Shown here: one piece after another, positions 19,607 through 29,416 of the stretch | Numbering within the stretch: the first letter of the stretch is position 1 | How the letters are laid out: every line of letters starts with the position of its first letter | Assembly (NCBI GenBank): GCA_964384235.1 | Contig: CAYLJX010000002.1 | Coordinates: forward strand, 4,126 to 68,125 | Source: an uncultured Bdellovibrionales bacterium | GTDB lineage: Bacteria > Patescibacteriota > Minisyncoccia > Moranbacterales > UBA1568 | Reading direction: 5' to 3' | DNA: 64,000 nucleotides | Notes under the pieces: model-generated | What the model was told of the DNA's origin: nothing | Seen by the model: the letters and a program-made list of their open reading frames with translations, nothing else | Database searches by the model: none | Position numbers and translations under genes: made by a program

Positions 19607-20572
19607 ATGATACCAAGAAAAAAGAGTAGAAAAAAAATACCTTTTGTCTTTTTTTCGGCGGCGGTGATCGTGCTCACGTTCGTCATGCACGGGTACGCGG
19701 CCGATGACGAGAATCGTTTCGTTTCAAACGCGGGTACGAAGAGCGTACGGCTCGTAGACGATGGGCTCATTTCTTTTTTTGAGACGAAGGAGGAAACAGT
19801 ACGAACATTTCTCGATAAGGCGCACATCAACCTCCAAGAAGGTGACAGCGTCTTTCCGGTACCGGATACCAAGATTTTTTCCGGGACGCAGGTCATCGTA
19901 CGGCGGGCGCGTGCGGTGATGGTGAAAGTCGACGGGAACGAAAAACACTTTCGGACGCAGGCGGCAAGTGTCGAGGAAGCGCTCGCGGAGAATCATGTCG
20001 CACTCGGGGAGGATGATATCGTGAAACCTGGACGCGAGACATTCGTAGTCGACAAGCTCGCGGTCACTGTGACGCGTGTGGAGATCAAGGAAGAGTTCGC
20101 AGACAAAAAAATTCCCTTTGAGAAAAAATCGAACGAAGATCCGAAACTTTCTTTCCGTATCACGAAAGTGACGCAGAAAGGTGAAGAAGGGACGAAACGT
20201 ACGACGTATCGCGTCGCGTATCATGACGGCAAGGAAGTGAAACGCACCGCCCTCAAGACCGAAACCATCAAGGAACCGGTCACGGAAGTGACGACCCAAG
20301 GGACTCTCGTGAAGACAGGAAAAAGTCATCGGGGCGCGGCCTCGTGGTACGCCTGGACGGGAACGATGGCCGCCGCTAATCCGTGGCTTCCCATGGGGAG
20401 TTATGTGAAGGTGACGAACGTCGACAATGGGAAGAGTGTCATCGTCAAAATAAACGACCGTGGACCATTCGCGCCGGGCCGCATCATCGACCTCGACAAG
20501 GTCGCTTTCGCCAAGATCGCCTCTCTCGGCGCCGGCGTCGTCAACGTGAAGATGGAGGAGATAGTCAACTAA
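19607..20572 (+). CDS. G5/DUF348 plus RlpA-like 3D (double-psi beta-barrel) cell-wall protein
   Basis: Signal/TM segment, G5-like repeats, C-terminal GAASWY...MGSYVKVTNVDNGKSVIVKINDRGPF...RIIDLDKVAFAKI typical of RlpA/3D (YabE/Rpf-like) domains. Confidence 0.65.
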   Translation: MIPRKKSRKKIPFVFFSAAVIVLTFVMHGYAADDENRFVSNAGTKSVRLVDDGLISFFETKEETVRTFLDKAHINLQEGDSVFPVPDTKIFSGTQVIVRRARAVMVKVDGNEKHFRTQAASVEEALAENHVALGEDDIVKPGRETFVVDKLAVTVTRVEIKEEFADKKIPFEKKSNEDPKLSFRITKVTQKGEEGTKRTTYRVAYHDGKEVKRTALKTETIKEPVTEVTTQGTLVKTGKSHRGAASWYAWTGTMAAANPWLPMGSYVKVTNVDNGKSVIVKINDRGPFAPGRIIDLDKVAFAKIASLGAGVVNVKMEEIVN

Positions 20573-20581
20573 CAGTCAACA

Positions 20582-21436
20582 ATGAACATGGAACAAGGAA
20601 AAGTGAAAGCAAAGAAGAGTTTGGGGCAGAATTTTTTGCGGGACGAAAATGTCGTGCAGGAGATTTTGGGAATCGCCGAAGTAGCGGCGGAGGACAATGT
20701 ACTCGAGATCGGACCGGGGACGGGAGTGCTCACCGAGGCGCTCGCCCAAGCCGGGGCGCACGTCGTCGCGATCGAACTCGATCATCGGTTGATCGATGAT
20801 CTGACGAAAAAATTCTCACAATACGAAAACGTTTCCGTGATCGAAGGTGACATCCTGAAGGTGAGTATTCCCGATCTGGTACGAAACGCTTTTTCAGGCA
20901 ACAAGACCGACGAGAGCGCTTCCTTGTCTACTCACTACTCACTACCAACTACTGACTACAAGGTCATCGCCAACATTCCCTACTACATCACGGCGCCCAT
21001 CATCCGCACGCTTCTCTCACTCTCTGTGCCACCACAGTCACTCACGCTCATGGTACAGGACGAGGTAGCCGAGCGTCTCGCGGCAGAACCGGGAGACATG
21101 TCGCTCCTCTCCGTCATGGCGCAGTACTATTCTGACGTGGAAAAAAAGCTGTTTGTTCCCAAGGAATCATTCGATCCCGTACCGCAGGTCGACAGCGCGG
21201 TCATCCATATCGTCCCGAAGCGTGTCTATGACAAGGAGAATGATCGTAAGATCTTCCGTCTCGTGCGGGCCGGATTCGCGGCACGAAGGAAAACTTTGGC
21301 GAACAATCTCTCGACCAGTCTCCAGGTTCCGCGAGCGGATGTGGAAAAAATATTGGAAACGAATGCACTGCGTAAGGACATCCGGGCCCAGGCGCTCTCG
21401 ATAGAGGATTGGGAGCGACTGCAGGAAAATTTCTAA
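20582..21436 (+). CDS. rsmA: 16S rRNA (adenine1518/1519-N6)-dimethyltransferase
   Basis: LGQNFLRDENVV...LEIGPGTGVLTEAL...VVAIELDHRL are KsgA motifs. Contains a ~25-aa insertion (SGNKTDESASLSTHYSLPTTDYKV). Confidence 0.9.
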   Translation: MNMEQGKVKAKKSLGQNFLRDENVVQEILGIAEVAAEDNVLEIGPGTGVLTEALAQAGAHVVAIELDHRLIDDLTKKFSQYENVSVIEGDILKVSIPDLVRNAFSGNKTDESASLSTHYSLPTTDYKVIANIPYYITAPIIRTLLSLSVPPQSLTLMVQDEVAERLAAEPGDMSLLSVMAQYYSDVEKKLFVPKESFDPVPQVDSAVIHIVPKRVYDKENDRKIFRLVRAGFAARRKTLANNLSTSLQVPRADVEKILETNALRKDIRAQALSIEDWERLQENF

Positions 21437-21808
21437 AAAGAAGAAGCGCTCGGACCTTAGTCTGGGCGCTTGCATTTTCGTACCGATGCTTCGGTCACGG
21501 GATCGAAGCTTTGTTATGAAGGTACAAGAGGAGAAGTTCGACTGCTTCTGAAGGAAGGGTAACCGTTTGGTCGCAACTCCCATCGCAATCTCCTATGATT
21601 TCGCGAACCACCTGGGGCCTCTCGTCGCCGGGATGTATGCAAGTGGTTTGCATGAGATGAACACCGTTGCAGCAGAGATACTTGGTGTCCGTGACGGTAC
21701 CGGAATTGTCCACGTAATGACGGAATATACGAGCTCGAATCTCAGGCATCTCGGTCTCCTCGAATGTGATGGTAAGGTGCCGCTTGGGTTTGTGCCGCCA
21801 TTGTCTCT

Positions 21809-23437
21809 CTAAAAAAGAAGAAAGGCAAGAATGGCTCCGTAGAGCGTGACAAGGAAGAGGGCGGCACCGGGGAGCCGATAGTAGTCGAGCTTTGATCGCG
21901 GAGAGGCTTTCTGGATCATCCAGAAGAGCGTGCTTCCGATGAGAAGCGCGGGGAAAAACGCGGAGCGGATGTTGAGAAGAAACGGACTGGCCGTGAAGAG
22001 GAGGAACGTGAGACTCCCCAGCAGGAGTTTGGCTTTGGCTTCACCGAGGAGAACGGGAACGGTATACACATGGTCGGCGGCATCGCCCTTGATGTCCTTG
22101 AAGTCCTTGAGCGGCAGCGAGAGCGTGTAGGCGGCGAAGAGGAAAAAGAGGATGGAGGACGGAAGAGCGGAGAAATCCTGTGCCGGTGAGACGGCGATGA
22201 ATCCCGCGAGCAGGACGAAGATGCCGGCCAACCCGGCGAGGAGCGTCGCGATCCCTGGAAGGCGTTTGAGGCGGAGCGGCGAGGCGGAGTAGATCCAGGC
22301 GATGGCCTGGTACCCGAGGAGAAGCAGCATGGCGGAAAAGCTCGCGAGGCCCGAGAAGATGAGGGAGATGAGGAAAAACATCACTCCGAACGTCTTGTAC
22401 GTATCCGGCGGGATGGTATGTTCGACGAGAGGACGGTGAGGATTGGTCTCTCGGTCGATGCGGATATCGTAGCAGTCGTTGACGACGACCGAGGCGAGCC
22501 AGGCGGCTTCGACGGCTATCAGGAGGAGCAGGGCGGCCAGGATATCGAAGAACGTGGGAGAAGTCGATGCATCGGTGAAGATAAGGGCGAGCATCATGCC
22601 GAGTAAGAGGAGGCCGGCGTGGTAGACGAGCTGGGGTAATCGGGAATTCTTCCGGAGGGCATGGAAGAAAACCGGAGAGGATCGGTAGAGGGTGAGCATA
22701 CCGAAGACGAACGAAAGAGCGGCCAGTATCAGGCTCATCTTTATGTTGAGTACGTTTTGGAAATCATCAAGAGTGTGCGCGAGGATATCCTGCGGCGCCA
22801 GGAACAATCCGGCGATATGGGCGATCGAGACGGCCAGGAATCCTTTTTGGAATCCCAGGACGAGGAGGGTGATCCATGACGGGAGGGTGCCGAGGACGAA
22901 GAGGGCGGTATATGCCAGGACGGATGATAGGACGGCTCTCCCGATACTTTTCAGCTTGAGATAGGAGTAGAGGCCGATCGCGATGACGGCCGGGGCGATG
23001 AGGAAGCGGACACCGTAGGTGATGCCCATGTTCGGGGTATCGTCGAAATAGCCGAAGTAATACCGGATGAGATCATGCATGCCGCCGAAGTCATAGAAGC
23101 TCAGGTAGGTGCTGTTTCCGAAGATGAGGCGGTCGACGACGGGAGGGAAAAGGATGATCAGGAAAAAGGCGAGCAGGAGGTTGATGGTTTCCGGAAATCC
23201 CGTCTTTCCCGCGTACCGGAGGAGCGGAATGAAGATGAGAAAGGTCGTGAGAAAGAACAGGAAGGTATGGGTGAATTCGTAGAAGATGAAACCGAAAGAG
23301 TGCGCTTGGAAGAAAAACAACCCGTTTTCGACGGTCAGACGGAGGATGATGAGCGAAAAGAACGCGGTGAGCGCTGTTGCGAACGTGAGCGGAGTTTTTT
23401 CGACGGTCTCGAGGATGCGGAGGATGTTTTTTTTCAT
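21809..23437 (-). CDS. polytopic membrane protein: N-terminal domain of unknown function fused to a UbiA-family prenyltransferase domain
   Basis: True start MKKNILR at 23437; the long track ORF to 25009 is an antisense shadow of uvrD. UbiA motifs VVNDCYDIRIDRETNPHRP and KDFKDIKGDAADHV; about 14 predicted TM helices; 4-nt ATGA overlap with the upstream gene. Confidence 0.7.
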   Translation of the reverse strand: MKKNILRILETVEKTPLTFATALTAFFSLIILRLTVENGLFFFQAHSFGFIFYEFTHTFLFFLTTFLIFIPLLRYAGKTGFPETINLLLAFFLIILFPPVVDRLIFGNSTYLSFYDFGGMHDLIRYYFGYFDDTPNMGITYGVRFLIAPAVIAIGLYSYLKLKSIGRAVLSSVLAYTALFVLGTLPSWITLLVLGFQKGFLAVSIAHIAGLFLAPQDILAHTLDDFQNVLNIKMSLILAALSFVFGMLTLYRSSPVFFHALRKNSRLPQLVYHAGLLLLGMMLALIFTDASTSPTFFDILAALLLLIAVEAAWLASVVVNDCYDIRIDRETNPHRPLVEHTIPPDTYKTFGVMFFLISLIFSGLASFSAMLLLLGYQAIAWIYSASPLRLKRLPGIATLLAGLAGIFVLLAGFIAVSPAQDFSALPSSILFFLFAAYTLSLPLKDFKDIKGDAADHVYTVPVLLGEAKAKLLLGSLTFLLFTASPFLLNIRSAFFPALLIGSTLFWMIQKASPRSKLDYYRLPGAALFLVTLYGAILAFLLF

Positions 23438-24189
23438 ATTTTCCTGGTGGTGAGTGCAGAAAAGACCAATCGGATATCGGAGAACAGCCCTCTTTCGACA
23501 GGGATGAATTTCCGGTGGCTGACAAAGGCGTATCCCGCGAGAAAAAAGGCGCCGACGAGGAAGTACCAGATGGCATCCTCGACCGGTACCCCGGCATAGA
23601 CCGCTCCAAGAGGACGGATGTTCCAGAGGGCTTCTATGATATTCGGAGACAGGAGGTTGCCTATCATATAGATCGGGAGTGTCACGGTGAGCATCACTGA
23701 TCCGGAGAGGAGAGCGGGAACCAGGAGGTCTCTGCGAAGAAGGATGACAAGCAACGTGGTGATGAAAAGCGCCCAGGAGGTCGCATAGAATGAGTGGAGG
23801 TGAAATGAATAGAAAAGACTGAGGAGGAGTGAAAAGAAAACGGCGAGAAAGAGAGCCAGATGCCAGACTTTCTTTGAGAAGAGTTCGGATTGAATGACCT
23901 CGGCGGTTCTGCCGAAGCAGTAAGGATAGAGGAAAATCGGGATGCCGACATGCGTAAAGCACATAATGAGGTCTTCGATCCCGACGCGTGTCCCTGTGAT
24001 GGTAATGGGGTGCCACCAGTCGGAGGTCCAGAAGGCGTATTCGACGAAGAGGCCGAGCCACATGTATGCGAGACCGCCCCAGAGCATGAAGGTTCGGGCC
24101 TCTTTCAACCGGAAAAAAAGCCACAGCCACACGGGTACGAACGCGAGGCTGCCGAACAGGTAGGCGAGTGACGGGGGAATAAGAGGCAT
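23434..24189 (-). CDS. polytopic membrane protein, possibly lycopene-cyclase-domain-like
   Basis: 251 aa, about 7 TM helices; GVPVEDAIWYFLVGAFF resembles the PxE(E/D) motif of CrtYc/Yd-type cyclase domains (weak). Translationally coupled to the UbiA-domain gene. Confidence 0.5.
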   Translation of the reverse strand: MPLIPPSLAYLFGSLAFVPVWLWLFFRLKEARTFMLWGGLAYMWLGLFVEYAFWTSDWWHPITITGTRVGIEDLIMCFTHVGIPIFLYPYCFGRTAEVIQSELFSKKVWHLALFLAVFFSLLLSLFYSFHLHSFYATSWALFITTLLVILLRRDLLVPALLSGSVMLTVTLPIYMIGNLLSPNIIEALWNIRPLGAVYAGVPVEDAIWYFLVGAFFLAGYAFVSHRKFIPVERGLFSDIRLVFSALTTRKI

Positions 24190-24286
24190 GAGGATGACTG
24201 AAAGCTTTAGTCGATACCCTATATTTTAGCATAGAAGAGGCAGTGCAGAAGGGAGTGTGAAAATATGATAGAATGGATAAATTGCT

Positions 24287-26533
24287 ATGAAATTCTGGGA
24301 AGCGGGACTCAACGAGGAACAGATGAAGGCGGTGCTCCAGACGGAGGGACCAGTCTTGATCCTGGCCGGGGCCGGCTCGGGCAAGACCAAAACGCTCACC
24401 CACCGGATCGCCTACCTCATCGCCGAGAAGCGGGTGTCGCCCTCGAATATCCTGGCGGTCACCTTCACCAACAAGGCGGCCGGCGAGATGCGGGAGCGTA
24501 TCGAAAAGCTCCTTTCGCAAAGCGAAGCAGCGGAGTTCGGCGCACAGGTGCTGCCGCAGCATATCGGAACGTTTCACAACATCTGCTCGCGGATCCTCCG
24601 GCGAGAGATCGCGGTCTTGGGTTACGATACGCGTTTCAACATCCTTGATGCCGATGATCAGCAGTCGATCGTCAAGAAGGCCATGAAGGAGCTCGAAATG
24701 AGCACCGATCAGGTCAAGCCACGCTCCATGCTCGAGGCCATCTCGCGGGCCAAGAACTCGCAGATAAGCGAAGAGCAGTTCCTCATGCAGGCCGGAAGCT
24801 ACTTCGAGGAGCTCGCGGCCAAGGTCTATGAGCGGTACCAGAAGGAACTCCGGCAGACGAACAGTCTCGATTTCGACGACCTCATTCTCCTCACCGTCCG
24901 GCTCTTTCAGGAACATCCGGACGTGCTCGGGCGCTACCAGGATCTCTTCCGCTACATCATGGTGGACGAATACCAGGATACCAACGCGCTCCAATACACG
25001 CTCATCCACCTCCTCGCCAAGAAACGAAAAAATATCTTCGTCATCGGCGATGACTACCAGTCGATCTACGGTTGGCGTCAGGCGGATATCAAGAACATCC
25101 TTAATTTCGAGAAGGACTACCCGGAAGCGGTCGTCATCACGCTCGACCGTAATTACCGTTCGACGCAGATCATCCTCGACGCGGCGGACGGCGTCATCTC
25201 ACGCAATGTCCATCAGCGTCACAAGAAACTCTGGACCGACGTGAAGGCAGGCGAGCAGATCACACTCGTACCGGCGGAAGACGAGGAGGCGGAAGCGCGC
25301 TTCGTGGCGGAGACTGTCGGGCGGATCCGCGGGGAGGGCCGGCGTTTCGGTGACTTTGCGGTGCTCTATCGGACCAACGCCCAGTCGCGTATGGTGGAAG
25401 AGATGTTCCTTAAGCACTCCATCTCCTACCGCATCGTCGGCGGACTGAAATTCTACCAGCGCAAGGAGATCAAGGATGTGATCGCTTACGTGCGGCTTTT
25501 CGAGAATCCGCGCGATCAGCTGGCCCTGGAGCGTATCGTCAATGAGCCGCCGCGCGGCATCGGCAAGGTGACGTTGGAAAAATGGGTGGGCGCGGCGCGG
25601 GAGCATTCGCAGGATTTTTTCGACGCGGCGTACGCGCTCACGACGGAGAACGGCATCAATCAGGGGAAAATCGCGGCCATCAGGCAGTTCGCGGACATGT
25701 TTTTGAGACTGCGCGAGGAGATGAAGGCGAAACAAGAGATGAAGCTCGCGGAACTCCTGAAACATCTCATCACGGACAGCGGCTACCTCAAGAGTCTCGC
25801 GGACGGGACGAGTGAAGGCGAAACGCGCCAGGAGAACGTCCAGGAACTTCTTTCCGTCGCCAAGAAATATGATGGGGTTGTCTTGAGCGAGGCGCTCTCT
25901 TTGTTCCTCGAAGAAGTGGCGCTCGCCTCGGATACGGATGAGATCAACCGCGAGCAGGATGCCGTGCACCTTATGACCGTCCATAGCGCCAAGGGGCTGG
26001 AATTCCCGATCGTCTTCATCATCGGTCTGGAGGAGGGGGTTTTTCCGCATTCGCGGAGCAACCTTTCGCAGCAGGAGATGGAAGAAGAGCGCCGGCTCAT
26101 GTACGTCGGTCTCACCCGGGCCAAGGAAAAAGTCCATCTTTTGTATACTGAACAGCGGACGATTTTCGGTTCGACCCAGGTCAATCCGCCGTCACGCTTC
26201 CTCTCCGAGATTCCCGAACACCTGGTGGAAGAAAAAGAGTGCGTCAGTTCCGGCATGATGGCAAAGAAGTATTTCAGGAAAAATTTCCACTCTTTCCCGC
26301 GAACGATGAAGACCAGCATCTCGTTTGAGGAAAAACCGAAAAGCGTTGAAGGGTCGGGGGCTTTCGTGAAACCGGTGGCGCCGGAAGATGTCCGGCCGGG
26401 CGATATGGTGGAGCATCCGCAGTTCGGCGGAGGACTGATCGTCTCCATCGCGGGAACGCTTGCTACCATTGCCTTCAAGCGCGCCGGCGTCAAAAAGATG
26501 ATGCTCGGCGTCGCACCGTTGAGAAAGCAATAA
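24287..26533 (+). CDS. uvrD: UvrD/PcrA-family ATP-dependent DNA helicase
   Basis: Walker A AGAGSGKTKTLTHRIAYL; helicase motifs II-VI (VDEYQDTN, TVHSAKGLEF etc.); 748 aa. Confidence 0.95.
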   Translation: MKFWEAGLNEEQMKAVLQTEGPVLILAGAGSGKTKTLTHRIAYLIAEKRVSPSNILAVTFTNKAAGEMRERIEKLLSQSEAAEFGAQVLPQHIGTFHNICSRILRREIAVLGYDTRFNILDADDQQSIVKKAMKELEMSTDQVKPRSMLEAISRAKNSQISEEQFLMQAGSYFEELAAKVYERYQKELRQTNSLDFDDLILLTVRLFQEHPDVLGRYQDLFRYIMVDEYQDTNALQYTLIHLLAKKRKNIFVIGDDYQSIYGWRQADIKNILNFEKDYPEAVVITLDRNYRSTQIILDAADGVISRNVHQRHKKLWTDVKAGEQITLVPAEDEEAEARFVAETVGRIRGEGRRFGDFAVLYRTNAQSRMVEEMFLKHSISYRIVGGLKFYQRKEIKDVIAYVRLFENPRDQLALERIVNEPPRGIGKVTLEKWVGAAREHSQDFFDAAYALTTENGINQGKIAAIRQFADMFLRLREEMKAKQEMKLAELLKHLITDSGYLKSLADGTSEGETRQENVQELLSVAKKYDGVVLSEALSLFLEEVALASDTDEINREQDAVHLMTVHSAKGLEFPIVFIIGLEEGVFPHSRSNLSQQEMEEERRLMYVGLTRAKEKVHLLYTEQRTIFGSTQVNPPSRFLSEIPEHLVEEKECVSSGMMAKKYFRKNFHSFPRTMKTSISFEEKPKSVEGSGAFVKPVAPEDVRPGDMVEHPQFGGGLIVSIAGTLATIAFKRAGVKKMMLGVAPLRKQ

Positions 26534-26607
26534 ACAGTCAACAGTTAACAAAAAACGGGTTCCATAGGGATCCGTTTTTTCTATTCCTTGTTAATTGTTA
26601 ACTGTTA
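26533..26607. terminator. bidirectional terminator hairpin nested inside an AACAGTCAACAGTTAACAA inverted repeat
   Basis: AACAGTCAACAGTTAACAA, then AAAACGGGTTCCATAGGGATCCGTTTTTT, then TTGTTAATTGTTAACTGTT between convergent uvrD and xerC. Confidence 0.65.
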
Positions 26608-26612
26608 TTTGT

Positions 26613-27605
26613 TTATCTCTTCTTCCTTTTGGCGTGGAAGGTTTGGTGGATCTCCTTAAGACGCTCGTTGGTGATGTGGGTGTAGATCTGGGTGGTGGTG
26701 ATGGAGGAGTGGCCGAGCATGGCTTGGACGGAGCGGATATCGGCGCCGTTCACCAAGAGGTCGGTGGCAAAGGAATGACGGAGGGTATGCGGGTGGACAT
26801 CCTTCACGATGCCGGCCTTTTTGGCATAGTGTTTGACGAGGCGCTGGATACTGCGTGGCGTGAGGCGCAAACTCTCACGTTTCCCGTTTTTCTTGTTGAA
26901 GAGGCCCTTCTTGGGGAAAGAGACGAAGAGGGCCGGATCGATGTCAGCCCGCTTGTCGAGGTAGGCTTTGAGCGTGGTCTTGGCCGAAGGAGAAATGAAG
27001 ACGACCCGGAGTTTCCCACCCTTCCCGCGCACGCTGAACTCCTCCTTGTCGAGGTTGAAAGAGTGCCGGTCGAGCGAGACGAGCTCGGAGACACGCAGGC
27101 CGGAGGAAAAAAGGAGCTCGAGGATGGCTCTGTCGCGCAGGTGACGGACATCTTTTCCTCCCGCCTCGCCGAGACCGGTTTTGCGAGTCGAGGCTGGGTC
27201 CGTGGCCTGAATAAGTCGCTCCACTTCCTCGAATTCGAGGAAGTCCACCTGTCGATCGGGGATTTTTCCGACCTCGATCTTTTCTGCCGGGAGGGTCTCG
27301 ATGTCTTGTTTGGCTAGGTATTTGAGGAAGGAGCGGAGCACGATGGCGTGATAGGCCTGTGTGTTTTTCTTGAGGGTGGTTTCGCGACGGGTCGGCTTGC
27401 GATTGAGGTGAATCCGGTACTCCCGGACTTTTTCGGCGGTGATATCGGCCGGTTTGTGGATCGGACCCCATCCGAAAAAGGCGGAAAGGACGTTTTCGTA
27501 GCTTTCGAGGGTGCGAGGGGAGCGGTTCATCTCGATTTCCAGATGTTCCAGGAACTCCTTGGCCAGAGTTTCGATCTCGTTTTTCGGTTTTTCAAAGGCT
27601 CTCAT
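26613..27605 (-). CDS. xerC: tyrosine site-specific recombinase XerC/XerD family
   Basis: HPHTLRHSFATDLLVNGADIRSVQAMLGHSSITTTQIYTHI with catalytic Tyr; N-terminal SAM-like core-binding domain. Likely start MRAFEKP at 27605 (track ORF extends to 27677). Confidence 0.9.
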   Translation of the reverse strand: MRAFEKPKNEIETLAKEFLEHLEIEMNRSPRTLESYENVLSAFFGWGPIHKPADITAEKVREYRIHLNRKPTRRETTLKKNTQAYHAIVLRSFLKYLAKQDIETLPAEKIEVGKIPDRQVDFLEFEEVERLIQATDPASTRKTGLGEAGGKDVRHLRDRAILELLFSSGLRVSELVSLDRHSFNLDKEEFSVRGKGGKLRVVFISPSAKTTLKAYLDKRADIDPALFVSFPKKGLFNKKNGKRESLRLTPRSIQRLVKHYAKKAGIVKDVHPHTLRHSFATDLLVNGADIRSVQAMLGHSSITTTQIYTHITNERLKEIHQTFHAKRKKR

Positions 27606-27748
27606 GGGAGAAAATATTAGACGACATTGGAATTGTAGCATTTTTTTAGTTGTCATTCTCGCGGAAGCGGAAATCAAGGAGTCTCAAGGCTGATACATGA
27701 GAACAAGACGGAATTCTGTGGTGCCGGGATCCCTGCCTGCGCGGGGAT

Positions 27749-27772
27749 GATTCCGATGTATACGTCGGAATC
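27749..27772. promoter_or_regulatory. 24-bp near-perfect palindrome GATTCCGATGTATACGTCGGAATC, candidate dif-like Xer site
   Basis: Central TGTATA flanked by inverted 9-bp arms, 144 bp upstream of the xerC start. Confidence 0.3.
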
Positions 27773-28063
27773 ACTTATCCACAACTAAGATGCTTCAAAT
27801 AAGCCATAAATATAGGAATATGGTGTAATATTCATTGACCGAAAGGGGAAAACGCGCTAAACTGACTTTTGTAAAAATTAGGGTAAAGGCCCGATAGGGC
27901 GATATTTCTGCCTTTGGTGGAACGCGCTTTTTAAGGCCTTTGCTATCGAAAGATCCATCCTATTCGTACTCTTACGACTCATGTCCTTTCTTTTTTCCGG
28001 AACGGTTTCCGGAAGCTTTCGAGAAGGACGGCCGACAGGGCTGTCCAGACGGAAAAAAGAGGG

Positions 28064-29242
28064 ATGAAGGAGCGGTTGGAGGACCTGCACACCAAGACCC
28101 ACCATATCCAGACCAAGGTGCTGCAGTTTATCAAGGAAATTTCCGGCTACCGTGTCGTGCGGGTTTTTCGTAACTATTCGGCCTTTTCCATCGTGGCGTC
28201 GAGCGCCCTCCTGGTGTCCGCGAGCAACCTCACCCAGGGCAAAGAGGCCGGGAGCGTGCTGTTCGGCTATGCCGGAGGCGATACGGCGGAGGAAAGCCTT
28301 TCTTCCAAACATCGTATCGCAGCTCAGGTGAGCAAAAAAGAGAACCTTTCGCTCGTGCCTTTGGCAAGCGCTTCCAATACCGTCGATCCGAGCCAAAAGG
28401 ACGAGATATCGCTCCTGGATGTCCAGGGAACGGCGCTTTCCGGGCAGGTGCTCCTTTCGACCCAGACCGCCGATATTGCCAAGGATCCGGAGGAGGACGG
28501 TGGCGTCAAGATCTATACCGTCGAATCCGGCGATACGGTGAGCTCCATCGCGGCAGCCCATGCGATCACGGTCAATACGATCCTCTGGGCCAACGACCTG
28601 GCCAACGTCGATGAGATCAAGCCGGGGGACCAGCTCTTCATCCTGCCGGTCGCCGGGTTCTCCTATGCCGTCAAGGACGGGGACACGATCGAGAAGATCG
28701 CCGAAAAATACAAGGCCGAAAAGGAAAAGATCATCGCCTACAACGAACTGCCGGCCAACGGCGAGGTGCGCGCGGGAGACGTGATCATCATTCCGGACGG
28801 TCGTAAGGAAGAAACCGCTCCCAAGCCGGCTCCGAGTACGGGCGAACTGGAGCGTCGTCAGTACGCGAGCTCGGCCGGTGGCGTGGCGACGGACATCTCC
28901 TCCGGTTTCCGCAAGCTCGAGGGTAAAGCCGGGACCGGACACCGGTTCCCGTACGGGTGGTGTACCTGGTACGTGGCGCAGAAGCGCTTCGTCCCGTGGG
29001 GTGGGAATGCCGGTACGTGGCTCTATAAAGCCAAGGCGCTCGGCTATCGCACCGGACGCAAGCCGACCGTCGGATCGATCATGGTGACGACGGAAAATCG
29101 CTACTACGGCCACGTGGCCCTCGTCGAGAAGGTGAGCGGCGATACCATCACCGTGAGCGAGATGAACTATGTCGGTTGGGGCAAGGTGAACCGCCGTACC
29201 CTCTCGGCCTCCAGCCGCGCGATCAAGGGATTCATTTACTAG
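28064..29242 (+). CDS. peptidoglycan hydrolase with two LysM domains and a C-terminal CHAP domain
   Basis: YTVESGDTVSSIAAAH...IKPGDQLFILP and YAVKDGDTIEKIAEKY (LysM). C-terminal FPYGWCTWYVAQKR...YGHVALVEKV (CHAP Cys/His). Start position uncertain. Confidence 0.75.
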   Translation: MKERLEDLHTKTHHIQTKVLQFIKEISGYRVVRVFRNYSAFSIVASSALLVSASNLTQGKEAGSVLFGYAGGDTAEESLSSKHRIAAQVSKKENLSLVPLASASNTVDPSQKDEISLLDVQGTALSGQVLLSTQTADIAKDPEEDGGVKIYTVESGDTVSSIAAAHAITVNTILWANDLANVDEIKPGDQLFILPVAGFSYAVKDGDTIEKIAEKYKAEKEKIIAYNELPANGEVRAGDVIIIPDGRKEETAPKPAPSTGELERRQYASSAGGVATDISSGFRKLEGKAGTGHRFPYGWCTWYVAQKRFVPWGGNAGTWLYKAKALGYRTGRKPTVGSIMVTTENRYYGHVALVEKVSGDTITVSEMNYVGWGKVNRRTLSASSRAIKGFIY

Positions 29243-29289
29243 CTTGTAGCTGGTAGGAAATAGCTTGTAGGATAATATGCAAGGAGAGA

Positions 29290-29315
29290 ATCCGGGTGAG
29301 AGCCCGGATTTTTTC
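29290..29315 (+). terminator. intrinsic terminator nested in a larger inverted repeat (29241-29339)
   Basis: ATCCGGGTGAGAGCCCGGAT TTTTTT flanked by AGCTTGTAGCTGGTAGG / CTACCAGCTACCAGCT arms. Confidence 0.65.
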
Positions 29316-29416
29316 TACCAGCTACCAGCTATTTCCTATCATCCTCACGAAGACTGTGGTATACTTCTAAGTGAAAAATCTTTCTTTCGAAACGACTGGC
29401 TTCTCTCGGGCAAGCT

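Noticed and set aside
21437-21808. Small ORFs (81 and 84 aa) and a T-arm-like hairpin in the rsmA-UbiA intergenic region
   Set aside because: The ORFs overlap on opposite strands with no motifs. GGAGAAGTTCGACTGCTTCT resembles a T-arm but no acceptor stem pairs, so it is not a tRNA.
23438-25009. N-terminal ~520 aa of the 1066-aa minus-strand ORF 21809-25009
   Set aside because: That portion is antisense to uvrD and, in its frame, to the coupled upstream membrane protein. The real gene starts at ATG 23437 (MKKNILR), with a 4-nt overlap with the upstream gene.
27640-27800. CRISPR array (repeated CGGAA-containing segments near xerC)
   Set aside because: No regular repeat-spacer periodicity; the segments are palindromes or inverted repeats, and no cas genes occur in the window.
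27878-29113. 411-aa minus-strand ORF
   Set aside because: Antisense to the LysM-CHAP hydrolase.
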